Origin: Callorhinchus milii
Lineage: Eukaryota
DNA length: 64,000 nucleotides
Direction of reading: 5' to 3'
Assembly: GCF_018977255.1 (NCBI RefSeq)
Contig: NW_024704742.1
Coordinates: forward strand, 5,954,001-6,018,000
Of the stretch, positions 1 through 13,318 are shown in pieces. Position 1 is the stretch's first letter; every line of letters begins with the position of its first letter. A program made the translations under genes and the position numbers. The notes beneath the pieces are model-generated. The model searched no databases, was not told the origin of the DNA, and worked only from the letters and a program-made list of their open reading frames with translations.

Positions 1-419
1 GAGACACACACAAAAGCATAGAGAGAGAGACAGACACGGATACTCACAAACGCATAGAGAGAGCGACACGCAGACACACTCACGCACACACAGACAATCA
101 CAATAGCGAGGCCTCCAAGTAAAGCCCTTTTGCCGCTGAATCATTTATCAGTACCAAATATTGTTCAGGGAAAATGGTTCTGCTGAAGTGGCAGTCAGTT
201 CACCCCTGCCTACATTCAGGCGAGAGACCTGGGTTCAATCCCAGGCAGGACAACAGAAATTGATACATTTAGTGACTGATTTGTGATCTATGAACTCTTC
301 TTCAATTGCGAAAGATTACTACCTTAGCAGGAACAAGGACTTTGAATTAAATGGTTCTTTTTTTTAAAATCTGAATGATGCTGGTAAATCTGCGCTGTAT
401 GTAATATCAATTCTAATGA

Positions 420-533
<114 letters not shown>

Positions 534-688
534 TAAAGCAGGCCTGTCAAATTGGAATTTCTTGTGCTCCACCAAAGCAATTATTTGACAGGTGATCTGG
601 TAGCTTCTTGGTAATATAGTAGAGTAATATCGTTCAGCCGCAGTACGAAATTGACTATGAATTAATCTTAACTTTTTTTTTGCTTTAG

Positions 689-862
<174 letters not shown>

Positions 863-2073
863 TAAGGTTGCATGACCTTCAGTAGATCTTTTGTTTTTTG
901 GCTAATTTGAGTTATTGACATTTATCATTTTGAAAGCTGGCCCTGACAATTTTTGATTGACGGTTAAATTATGGCGTCATCATTGAAGACTTTTACCAAC
1001 AAATTACATTTTTGCTGTTTGTTGATATCATCTACATGGTGACCGAAAAGTAATGATGCCATTACAATGTCTAATATTACGGTCTTAAAGAAATGATCAT
1101 ATGTATTTTTTGGATAATAGGGTAGTTGAAAAATAAAACTTTTTGGCCATCCTGTATAATTGTTATAATTGGTCCTGGTGCCCTATCTGAATAGAGTTCC
1201 TGCTCCTGGCTTCGATCTAGAAATCATTGCAAGACAATTGCATGCTCGTTGGTGGTGTTAGGTGAGAACAGAATGTCTGTCAATGTCAAATAGTTTACTA
1301 ATTCCCTCTGTTGAGACTTTAATGCATTCATAAGCCTGTAAGAAAATTGCAGGCCTTGATTTTTATTGTGGAAACCTCAACCTTTTATAGTTACCCAACT
1401 TTTAATAACTTCAGTGAATATGCGCTCATATTGAACCATTCACCTGTACATCAACCTATCCTACACTCTCATTGGACTACCTGCTTGTCAGTAGAGTTTG
1501 CAAGTTGGACCATTTATCTGTGCTAAGAGCTTCCTGGGTATAGCTATAAAACAAGATAAATTATTGTTTCTTCTCCTTTTTCTCTCTCTCCCCCCTACCC
1601 CACCCCCCCCCCCATTCAAAAAGTGAATTAACCACATGTATCTGAATGTTGTGGTAATTTAGACCTCAAAACAAACTGTGCCTTAAAAAGTCCTAGGTGA
1701 TGCAACGCTGGAATTCTAACGTTGTGTCTACCACGGTTTAGTATGCTATTGTAGTTTATCACCACAATATAGATTGGAATCAGAGGTGCTGAGGGAAAGA
1801 CGTATGTTCTTACTGTTGTGTGGAACTTGAACTGGATAATATTTGAGCTTGTTTTCAAGTTGTACACATTTTATTGGAGAACCAAAAAAGTTTTTATATT
1901 TTAGTTAATCGTTCACGCTATTTAATTTTGCATATAAAATCTACAGTCAATTCACTTCACATTATATCCTGTGAAGCGCTTTGAAATGTCTCAAAGACAC
2001 GATAAGGCGCCATATCAAATGCCAAGATTATTATTATTAATTCACTTTCAATGATTTCCTCCTTTTTAAATAG

Positions 2074-2337
<264 letters not shown>

Positions 2338-2977
2338 TAAAAATCAAGAGTAGATATTAGTATTCATTTTTGTTTTGTCTTCCTCCCCCCCCCCTCCCCC
2401 CTCTCACTCACCAAATGTGCATTGTCTGTACGCAAATGATTTGGCAGAGTTTCAGTCCAGATAGAAAGCAGTTGTAAGTGTCCAAAATTTGCAAAAGTCT
2501 TATACAGACATAGATTTGAAGTATGGCTCATCAATATTCACTTGAAAACAAGCACTTGTAGAGCAATAGCTTTGATTTAGGACAACTTATATCAATATTA
2601 ACGTCTCCAAGTGCTTATAGGGATAGCAGGACAGACATATTCCATAGTGCTTGATTTGCTGATGATGGAACAGAGTGTGCAGTAGGCCTGAATTAGTGGA
2701 GATGGTGGGGTTGGTGATTTCAGAACTGGGATGAAAGTAAGAAAGGATTTGAAATCAGGACAAAGATCTTGAGACAAAGATCTCCTGATGAACAAAGAAC
2801 CAATGAAGCTTGGTGAGGATGGGAATTGGTATCACTTCTACATGAGCTGGAGCTTGTTTGAAGAGGGAACTGGGGACCTGGTGAGGACAATGTTTAAGAA
2901 ATTAAGAAATCAGGTCTAGGGATGATGAAAGTAATTCCACTTTATGTTGATTACAATTTTTTGAATCCTTTCCTCAG

Positions 2978-3013
2978 GTACGCAAGGAAAATCAGTGGTG
3001 TGAAGAGAAGTAG
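2978..3013 (+). CDS. skp1: SKP1 last coding exon
   Basis: cctcag|GTA CGC AAG GAA AAT CAG TGG TGT GAA GAG AAG TAG = VRKENQWCEEK*. Confidence 0.98.
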   Translation, partial: VRKENQWCEEK

Positions 3014-3327
3014 TCCAGTATGAATTGCTTGTGCAGCCTGAAGGAAGAGTGCTTGCATGTATTAAAACGCTAGTGGGCTGATGTAACTTTAAAATGTAGG
3101 CAAGATCACCACCACACAAACATCTGTAACTAGCATTAATGGTGAGCTTTAAGCTTGCTCCATGGAACTTATTCGCTAGTTGAACAACTGCTGTGTAGTG
3201 TCTTATTACTTCGTATTACTTCTCCTGACTTCTTCCAACATTGTCAATTGAATACAAGTTGTATAAAAACAAATTGACCGTATGAAGGCAAATGTGATTG
3301 AAATTCCTTTAGTATTTTTAATTTGTG

Positions 3328-3333
3328 ATTAAA
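3328..3333 (+). terminator. Candidate skp1 polyadenylation signal (ATTAAA)
   Basis: ATTAAA ~315 nt after the stop, followed by T/GT-rich sequence. Confidence 0.45.
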
Positions 3334-3859
3334 GTTTACTTTTTTATTATGGTTTTCTGTTGGGTTTTAAAACTGACCTGGCTCCTATTTGATTTTGTTA
3401 AAACTCCACAATGTGATCACCTGCTAAATGTTTCAACAGCTCATGAAAACTTGGATTACTGGATGGGCCAGTGAAATGCTGATTTGTGTCACTCTTGTTT
3501 GACATTTGAGGATTTGTTTGTTTTATTTTGGGTTCGCTTGAATACATTTTGACTGGATAACAGTTGTAGGATTGTTTTGTGAGAATTTATTGGTGACTGA
3601 TCAAAGCATTTTGTTGGCTAACTACATGTGTACTAAAACTGAACCTCGCCAGTTCACTTTTTCCTTAAATTATGCTGTCTGTCAAATCACCGTTGGATGT
3701 AAAAGTGAGTGTTCAGTGAGACAATCTGAAACCCTGATGACTGATGTTCTTAACAGTGTCTTCATTGGGATCCGAGATCCTCAAGATTACATATCTGAAC
3801 CCAGGACCACAGAAATTTACGTCACAATTTGGCTCATCGTTTCTATGTCACCTCCCTCG

Positions 3860-4310
3860 AGAGCAATCTTTCCGTCTCATTTACCTACCCTTTCCCCCGA
3901 AACTGACCCAATACATTTGTCATGTTTTCTATTGAAGCCCAATATGGATTCTGCCTCAACCACTGCTCCTGATAGGGCACTTCATTTCCTATCTACTCTT
4001 TGGGGAAAACTCTCCCAAGGAGAACTCTCCCAATTTGCGCGACACTAATTTTAAATTGATGCCCTACAGTTAGTGACCGACTAGAAATGCCTTCTTATTG
4101 ACTATCAAAACCCCTCATCATTTTAAAGACCTCTAAGACCTCAACATTCTTCGTTCCAGTGGGAAAAGTCCCGGATCCAGTAACCTCCAATGATAGGCCG
4201 GGAAATTTATTTGTCCCATTGTGTTTGCTGGCTTTTTCTAAGAGTAATCCTGTCGGTCCTATTTACATGCCATGCCTTATCCCCAATAGGCATCAGATTT
4301 TAATAAAAAA
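3860..4310 (-). mobile_element. Degenerate CR1 LINE 3' fragment
   Basis: Reverse complement resembles the CR1 3' region at 55470-56045. Confidence 0.55.
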
Positions 4311-4504
4311 AAACTAAGTGAATCCTTTATATTGCTCCTGCCTATAATCTCCAATCAGGAGATAATTCTCTAACGATAGTTTTAAACTCAGCTCGTTTGG
4401 GATTTGAACCTGGGACTCAGCCCTAGACAGACCAATGAGCTGGGTCTCTTACTCAACATTTAAGTCCAAGACAACTAGAACATTCCACACAATTATTTTT
4501 CTTT

Positions 4505-4805
4505 AATAATAATAATCCTTGCATTTGATATAGCGCTTTTCACGTCGGGAGGACGTCCCAAAGCGCTTCACAGAACACACTAAGTGAATTGACTATTTTT
4601 GTGGGCGAACGCGGCAGCCAATTGCGCACAGCAATGTCCCACAGTCATAGATTGAAAATGACCAATTTATTATTGTTTTGGAGGGATTATTAGGTTCTGT
4701 GTGGAGTAAGGAAACTTGCCCAAGATTTCGCCCTCTGCCTGGAATTGAACTCAGGTCTCTCGCTTGCAAAGTGAGTGCTCTAACCACTGAGCTACAGGAC
4801 TCCAC
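4505..4805 (-). mobile_element. Full-length young tRNA-Ala-derived SINE
   Basis: Head GTGGAGTCCTGTAGCTCAGTGGTTAGAGCAC with A box and B box GTTCAATTCC; Deu-like body; (TTA)n tail; near-identical to 52209-52529. Confidence 0.9.
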
Positions 4806-7274
4806 TCAAGTGGAGTCCAAGACAGTGAATTTTTAAAAATTGGAGACATTAATAAGATTCTAAATGTGATGTGAGTAGTCTGATGTCTGGTCAATTTATC
4901 TTAATACATCAAGGCATCAGCTGGAGGCTTGGTTAAAGAATGTGCTGCTGCTGAAATATTTTTGGAAAGGGATATTGATTTAAAAAAAATTAGGAAGATC
5001 AACACATACTTATTGTTTTAAGATTCTTTTTCCATGATTCTATGGCAGAATATGGAGAACATTTAATATTCAGGCTAGACTCGGGTAACAAATTGCCAGC
5101 CTTGGCTTGCCTTGCGGTGTAATGCTTTGTACGCATCTAAATCGCAAGTAGCTATTTGTAGTTGCTATTGAGGTTAAGACGACTTACGCAGCGAACGTAC
5201 AAGCTTCTTTCTGCGGACTGAGATTAGGGAAACGCAACCTACCACTTTAGAAACTTACAACGCAGGCCCAGAGTAAACAGCCCAGTCAGTGAGCAATGGA
5301 GAAATAGTTTCAAACTAGGGAAAGTTACAATACGGTAATTCACGTGCACCATCTCAGTGTTTCGTTATCTGATCTCAAAATAAGTAATTCCTCCTATACA
5401 CCAAAAATAATTCATTTGCTTTTCAGTTCTCGCTGCCACAATCCAGTGAATTAGCGAACTAGTAAAGGATGGGGTGGTGGGGGAGCAATATGAAAATATG
5501 TATTCTCCAGGAGTGATCCAGTTGAATTTTCCGCTAACCCGAGGACAGAGGCAAATTTGGGATCTCTTGCAGTCTCAGCACATACCAGCAAATCTGGGAC
5601 CTTCATACACCATATTGTGTTCGCCTCCACGTGTGGACCATTGACTCAACGGCTCATACATTGACTCAACGGCTCATGCAAACTGCTGTCCTTTTGAGAC
5701 TTCTGATTAATGTTCCTTTCTGTCCGGAGAAATGAGATGTCGAGGTAAGATTTTAAAAAATTCCCAAATTAAGAAAGATACAAGATTACATTTGTATAGC
5801 GCCTTTCATATCGGGATGATGTCCCAAGGTGCTGGACGGTGTACAGCATTTCAGATCCGAGCTGGGGGTCGGGGGAGAGAGGAGAAGGATATTAAATACA
5901 ATGGGATATTAAAGAAAGTAACGACTGATATTTGGTTTGCTTTATTATGCCTATGCTGGTTTCAATGCATAAACTGAAACCACCAAAGTGGACACCCAAA
6001 GAAAGTCTAAGGATGATTCGGTGCATTACAACAAAGACTCGGAACATTTACTAACTAACCAGGTAAAGAATTTGTTTAAAAAATGAAGGTACTTCGGGCA
6101 TATACGTTTTCAACACCATAAGCCGCTTTGTTGCTGTCACTGTAAATACCACTCAAATGTGTTGTTGAGAAATGCACAGGTCAAAATAATGCATTTTTAA
6201 AATATCTTTTTTTAAAAAGTCCCCAAAAGAGACCGCATTAATTTAAGGCAAGAAATTATGATAGTGGTTTCTACAACAATCAACTCTCTTTTCCAAATAA
6301 ACCCCCCCACGCAACTGTATTTACCACATATGACTTCGGCATAGCCCCAGCTCCAAAACATGGAACAGGAATTCGACAGTCCACTTCAACATTTTTATAC
6401 TTCATATTATTTTCAATCCAACTTGAGCTGATATCCGGCAGTGCTTCAGTACTGTAGGGTACTGAATTCCAAAGTGGTTCGAGATTTACTCTTTATTTTC
6501 TTGACGTTAAAAATGAATTCAGATAAATTTTAAAAAATTGTTCAGTACTCACGCGTGACAGCTGTTGATGCCCACAGCTAAACCAACCAGGGGCAAGCTG
6601 TGGGCATCGTGGGGGCTGCTGGACATTTGAAATCGCAGAGTGGATTTATAGCGTGTGGCATAGATTCTTAACTACACAGAATAGTCCTTATTTTTTCGGA
6701 CCTGTTGACTAACAATCTTCCAGTTAAAATTAGTAATTCACTTCACAGCTATTTGCAAAACAGTGCTGCAAAAGCCTGCTGCCAGCTTAATCTACAAATG
6801 CACAGACACTAGTCAATCTTGTGAAGGACTTAAGGTTCGATGATCTAAGGTGCTGTACGAAATGCAAGGATCATTATCGAACCATGATACTATTCCAAGA
6901 GGGGAACTCCTCCAAATGTCCCAGCCAACAACTCACGGCAGATAAATACTTGGGTCATTCACTTCACGGCTATTTGTGGGGCATCGCTGCGTGCAAATTG
7001 CTTGCCCCGTTCACCGACAAACGCAGTCACAACACTTCAGAAAAAAACTCTTACTTTGAAATGATACGGCACTGTATAAAATGCAAGGATAACTTTTGTG
7101 GCACACAAACTGACAAGTTCCTACCGCTTAGCAGTAATGGAACCGAATCAAACTCGACAGTATAAACGTGGCAAATTACGTATGTGCACTAAATTCAAGT
7201 CAGCAAATGTATTGTACAACCTTACATATTTTGTAGAAATATTTATACCAACTCAAGCAAAATATAGTGAGTTC

Positions 7275-7280
7275 TTTATT
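7275..7280 (-). terminator. rpl34 polyadenylation signal AATAAA
   Basis: TTTATT on + strand, ~30 nt after the rpl34 stop; short 3'UTR typical of ribosomal protein mRNAs. Confidence 0.8.
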
Positions 7281-7308
7281 TCCAAGAGTACAAATAAATT
7301 TAGACAAT

Positions 7309-8100
<792 letters not shown>

Positions 8101-8437
8101 CATAACTCAGAATGAATCTGTCTTTAGGAGAGGGAAGGGAAGAAATTGGCTGGTGAAAGAATATCCAATGTCATTTGTTCTGGGTTAGGTAACAGCTACA
8201 CTAAGCACTGTGCAATTCAAATTCTCAGGTGGGCATCGTTCAATATCAAGACAGCCAAAGCGAAAGTATCTTAATGCTTTCAGCACATAACTAAAATGGT
8301 TAATTAGTGTACCCAGAGGGACGCGGAGCTTGAGCAACTAACTTTCCTAAGAATGACAAATATTGTAGTTAGTCTGCAACTTGGAAACAAATAAAAGCAA
8401 TAGAAGGTGAATCCCACCAAGCTGATGATTTAGATTA

Positions 8438-8542
<105 letters not shown>

Positions 8543-9706
8543 CTATGTAAAATTGAAAGATTCAATTATTAAGTTAACTGTTTTTAAGTCTACAGCTTGA
8601 AAAACATGGCACCAGTCCCAGTACATGCATTTACATATTCAGGGAGGTGAATTTTAATTTAATTTGACTACAGTTAGGATATCAAAGTGGCATTTTCATA
8701 AAGAGCTGTAAAAATGTTTTTTTTAATTAAAAAAGGCAATTGTAATGCAGGCTTCTAAATACTACCAGAAATTCTCTTTACATAGACAACTCTTGTGATC
8801 AATTGTGATCATCTTGGATCATCCAAGCCAGTTTAATGATTTAAACATACAATATCTTGGGAGCATTATAAAGAAGCTTTTAAGTAATGAATAGGAGGCC
8901 ATTCAAACACTCTCCCCCTCCCCCAGCCTGTGCCGTATCTTATTTATCCCATTTTATTGCCAAACGTATACCCACCTCCCTTTTAAATATTCCAATCAAA
9001 ACTGCACTGAGGAGGACAGTGCATTCCACATTCTCATAACCCTTTGGAAGACACGTTTTCTGATTTTAATTTTAATCAGTTTAACTCTAATTTTCATTAC
9101 ATCTCCTTGTTTTTGCTAAAAACTAGGTTATAAATGTGATTTAGAAATCAGACTAAATTGAAACCTCAGCACCGGGCAAAAACACACACCAAAATTATTT
9201 TGAAAAACATCTATCAGAAATGTTCCCAAAGTGGCTATTGAGGCTGAGACCATAACATGTAAGAGAATAGGAAAAATGTTTGAAGCAGAACAGTATAAAA
9301 AGATATGGGGAAACAGCAGAAAATTGGGAATAGAGTATAGAGCCAATTATAATAATTATCCTAACAGTTGATATAGCTCCTTATCATGCTGTCGAGACAT
9401 CTCAAAGTACTTCACAGGATATACTGCAAAATGATGCAAAGGTGTATTTTTTGTGGATGAAGACCGGCAGCTAACTTACAATTATCTGCACTAATATGAG
9501 ATGGGCTTACTCTTTGCGGATAAAAACTTAATGTAAAATACAAAATGGCACCAGTGCCACTGTAAAAAAAAGTTCCACCGGATGTTATAGTACTACTACA
9601 GTACTAAGCTGCCAGTGACTTAAACCTAAACCAGCCAATAGAGGCTTTGAGAAGAAAAAAATAGGATGATTTCTCTAAAGCAAGTGGCTGTACAAACATC
9701 CGTTAT

Positions 9707-9707
<1 letters not shown>

Positions 9708-9747
<40 letters not shown>

Positions 9748-10054
9748 CCTTGCATTTGATATAGCGCTTTTTCACGTCGGGAGGACGTCCCAAAGCGCTT
9801 CACAGAATATACTGTAAAGTGAATTGACTGTATATTTGTGGGCGAACGCGGCAGCCAATTGCGCACAGCAATGTCCCACAAACAGTCGTGGATTGAAAAT
9901 GACCAATTTATTATTGATTTTTGGTTTTTGGAGGGATTATTATTAGGCTCTGTGTGGAGTAAGGAAACTTGCCCAAGGTTTCGCCCTGCCTGGAATTGAA
10001 CTCAGGTCTCTCACTTGCAAAGCGAGTGCTCTAACCACTGAGCTACAGGACTCC
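9708..10054 (-). mobile_element. Full-length young tRNA-Ala SINE in rpl34 intron 3
   Basis: Intact head, body and long (TTA)n tail. Confidence 0.9.
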
Positions 10055-10730
10055 ATTTAACATTTAAATCTCTGGAATGCTTCTAATACCATATGTACCA
10101 ATATGCCTATTATATCGAAAGCACAACTATTAATAAAATAAGGAACAAAACAACATTTTCTACCTCACCCAATAGCCGAACATTGCCAACAAGCTTCACG
10201 CTTCATGACACCGTGAATTGGTAGCTTTTTCAATCAATTTCCAGGATTGTAACAATAAAATCATTTTTTATGCACACCTCCATTAAAATCTTAAGCTTAT
10301 TTCTAAAAAAAATTTGCAAAAGTCTTGGTTATTTTTTGTTTTAGAATGTGTTCCAAAACCAGGAGCATATAGTTGTAGACAATAAAGTCTTCACTTTAGT
10401 GATAGATGCTATGACCTCGCTTCCTCCTGCTGGCAGTGCAGCAGAAACACATGGATCAAACTCTCTGAGGTTAGTCCTATGCTTTGGCATCAATAATGCT
10501 TTCACTGTAGTGTTCCTGTCATCTTCTAACACACCTTATACTGTATTTAACCTCATGTTTCTCACCATTTTTAAATTTATCAGGCAGAATGAACAAAAGT
10601 GATATTCCACTTCAAATAGCAGCCACAGTACAGATTAGACAAATGGCCGGGATAGAATTGGATATGATGCCCAACATGGACAATCAGATTGCCAATATTC
10701 ACCAATAACACTCAAATACAAATACTATCA

Positions 10731-10937
<207 letters not shown>

Positions 10938-11024
10938 TTACAATAAAGGGATAAAAGGGTTACTGCGCTGTCCAAAAAAAAAACACAAACTGCTTTTAAA
11001 AAAAGAAACATTTGCAAGGCTTAC

Positions 11025-11089
11025 AGTCTTTTCTTGTTGGAGGCTGTGTTGTAGGACAACCTACGACGGTACGTCAGGCGCTGAACCAT
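11025..11089 (-). CDS. rpl34: RPL34 exon 2 coding part (ATG at 11089; exon begins at 11098)
   Basis: tttcag|ACATAAAAG ATG GTT CAG...AGA CT|gtaagc = MVQRLTYRRRLSYNTASNKKR(L); 65+100+104+85 = 354 nt = 117 aa plus stop. Confidence 0.98.
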
Positions 11090-11429
11090 CTTTTATGTCT
11101 GAAATGAAACAAGACATATTCAATGTATAAAACCAATGCGGTTTTGTATCACACAAATTTTATCCTGAGTTAACCCACCACACAATTGCCTAGAGAACAC
11201 CATAGTAAAATCGTCTCTAATGCAACTTAGAGAATTTATAGAACAGAAGAAGAGTTAAGAATAGTTCAGCTAATAGTTACCCGCTGAAAGAGCTACAACA
11301 GCATGACAAGTTATAGTACAGAAAAGAAAACTGTTTCGTCAAAAAAAAATCTGGGGAGTTGTGTTACTCTATATCCCGTTCAGGCATTCCTGTTCTCCAC
11401 ATAATTGTGATCACTTCTATGGTTATATT

Positions 11430-11735
11430 ATGCTGTTGTCTGACTACGTTGTGAGCTCATATTCCAGATCTACGCTCAACTGCAGTGCTGCATTATCTGA
11501 GGTACCATCCATGGCAAGGACGCGTTACACCGAGGTCCCATCTACCCGTCAAGCTGGATGTGAAAAGATCCTACGGCACAAATCGAAGAGACAGGAGTTC
11601 CTCCTAGTATTCCTGGCTCAGATAAATTGGTCACTCACTCCATTGGCTGTTTGCCGGTCGCTGCTGTGTGTAAACTGGCGAGCGGGTTCCCCTAAAATGC
11701 AGTCACTACACTTCACAGTGCAATACAAAATGACA
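11430..11735 (+). mobile_element. Old Deu-type (SacSINE1-like) SINE remnant
   Basis: Similar to 50005-50405 and 38850-39355. Confidence 0.55.
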
Positions 11736-12140
11736 TTTGTACAGCGCCTTTCACGCCAAGAGGACGCCCCAAGGCCCTGGACAGTCGGGGACTTGGACTC
11801 GAGCTGGGGGTTGGAATCAGGGAGCGTGGGGGGTGTAGGGGTAGGAGGGCGGCCGAAGGCATGCTCGGAGGGGAGGATCTTGAGACGGGCCTCGAAGGAG
11901 GTGGCGGCGGGGGGGGAGGGGGAGCGAGGCGAAGGGAACGTGGGATGGAAATGTCCCAAAGAGCGGGGACAGGGAGACTGAAGGCCTGACCTGCCGACGG
12001 TTGGGAGGACCGAGCCGGGGCCGAGCGGGAGGGGGGGGTTGATATACGGGGTTAGCAGGTCTGTGGGGTAAGGAAGGAGCAAAGGCCACGGAGGGGCTTT
12101 GAAGGCGAAGACGAGGAACTTGGGACTGTACCCACTGTGT
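11735..12140 (-). mobile_element. L2 LINE 3' end in rpl34 intron 1
   Basis: Reverse complement aligns with the L2 tail at 34070-34480. Confidence 0.7.
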
Positions 12141-12276
12141 GACTGGGGGGGTGGGGAGGAGAGAGGGGGGGGGGGAGGGGGGAGGTTTGCCCGGTGGGGG
12201 GGAAATACAGATCTCCGGGATCACCCCCTCACTGCCTCCCCCAACCCCCATATATACAAAACAAGCAACGAGAGGC

Positions 12277-12689
12277 GGGGGGGGGGGGGGGGGGGCAGTG
12301 AGGCCCTCACACAGGCCCTGTGGGGGGGTCAGTGAGGCCCTCACACAGGTCCTGGGGGGGGGGGGGGGGGCAGTGAGGCCCTCACACAGGCCCTGTGGGG
12401 GGGGGGGGGGGGGGGGGCAGTGAGGCCCTCACACAGGCCCTGTGGGGGGGGGCAGTGAGGCCCTCACACAGCGCTGTGTGGGGGGGGGGGCAGTGAGGCC
12501 CTCACACAGGCCTGTGGGGGGGGGGGGGGGGGGGGGCAGTGAGGCCCTCACACAGGCCCTGTGGGGGGGGGGGGGGGGGGCAGTGAGGCCCTCACACAGG
12601 CCCTGTGGGGGGGGGGGGGGCAGTGAGGCCCTCACACAGGCCCTGTGGGGGGGGGCAGTGAGGCCCTCACACAGGCCCTGTGGGGGGGG
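12277..12689. repeat. Minisatellite of 10 units, (G)n-CAGTGAGGCCCTCACACAGGCCCTGT
   Basis: Tandem units directly visible, G runs of about 7-21 nt. Confidence 0.95.
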
Positions 12690-13080
12690 CCCGGGGACTG
12701 GCGCCGCTCTGCCCTCGATCCCGACCGGAGACACCGCGCAATACACCCGCCCCGTCAGCCATCGGGACCCGGTCGAGCCGCCCCCGGGGGCAGCGCGGGC
12801 CCAGCGGTCGGTGTGGGGCGCGGATGGAGGCGGATTGGGAGGAAGGGGTTGTGTTTTTTTTCACACAGACACCGACTGCGCTCTCCCACCGGCGCCATAC
12901 CTGCTCGCCGACGTCACCGGAAAGGGAGAGGGAAGGAGGCGGGGCGTGGGGGGGGGGGAGCGCGAGGCCAAAGGTCAATGCGCGTCACCGGAAGCCTCGC
13001 CTCTCGACGCGCTGAGACCACTCCCCCCGTCCCCAGAGGGCGCGGCCATCTTGTTGTACGGCAGAGCTGCGGAGGTCACA
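12690..13080. promoter_or_regulatory. CpG island / rpl34 promoter
   Basis: CpG-rich; GC boxes 12936-12949, ETS/GABP CCGGAAG 12988-12994, YY1 GCCATCTT 13045-13052, typical of ribosomal protein promoters. Confidence 0.85.
12901..12930 (-). other. rpl34: rpl34 non-coding exon 1 with TCT initiator and 5'TOP tract
   Basis: Minus strand CTTCCCTCTCCCTTTCCGGTGACGTCGGCGAGCAG|gtatgg: pyrimidine start and strong donor; exact TSS uncertain. Confidence 0.85.
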
Positions 13081-13086
13081 GCCAAG

Positions 13087-13250
13087 TCAATGCAATCCAT
13101 CAATTCAATCAATTCAATCAATGCAATCAATCAATGCAATCAGTCAATCAATGCAATCAATCAATCAGTCAATCAAAGCAATCAATCAATTCAACCAATT
13201 CAATCAATGCAATCAATCAACCAACCAACCAATGCAATGCAATGCAATGC

Positions 13251-13284
<34 letters not shown>

Positions 13285-13318
13285 TCAATCAATGCAATCA
13301 ATGCAATCAATCAAACAA
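13087..13318. repeat. Compound (AATC)n/(AATGC)n microsatellite
   Basis: Directly visible. Confidence 0.95.

Noticed and set aside
2655..2850. C/D box snoRNA in the last skp1 intron
   Set aside because: TGATGA and CTGA are only ~30 nt apart with no terminal stem; more likely a decayed LINE
6285..6492. Open minus-strand frame VNLEPLWNSVPYSTEALPD...PKSYV as a coding exon
   Set aside because: No recognisable homology, poor acceptor and no consistent neighbouring exons
10343..10510. Possible H/ACA snoRNA in rpl34 intron 3 ending ACATTC
   Set aside because: The ACA is not adjacent to a proper hairpin, there is no clear H box, and I recognise no family match
12277..12689. CRISPR-like array
   Set aside because: The spacers are only G homopolymers, the context is eukaryotic and there are no cas genes
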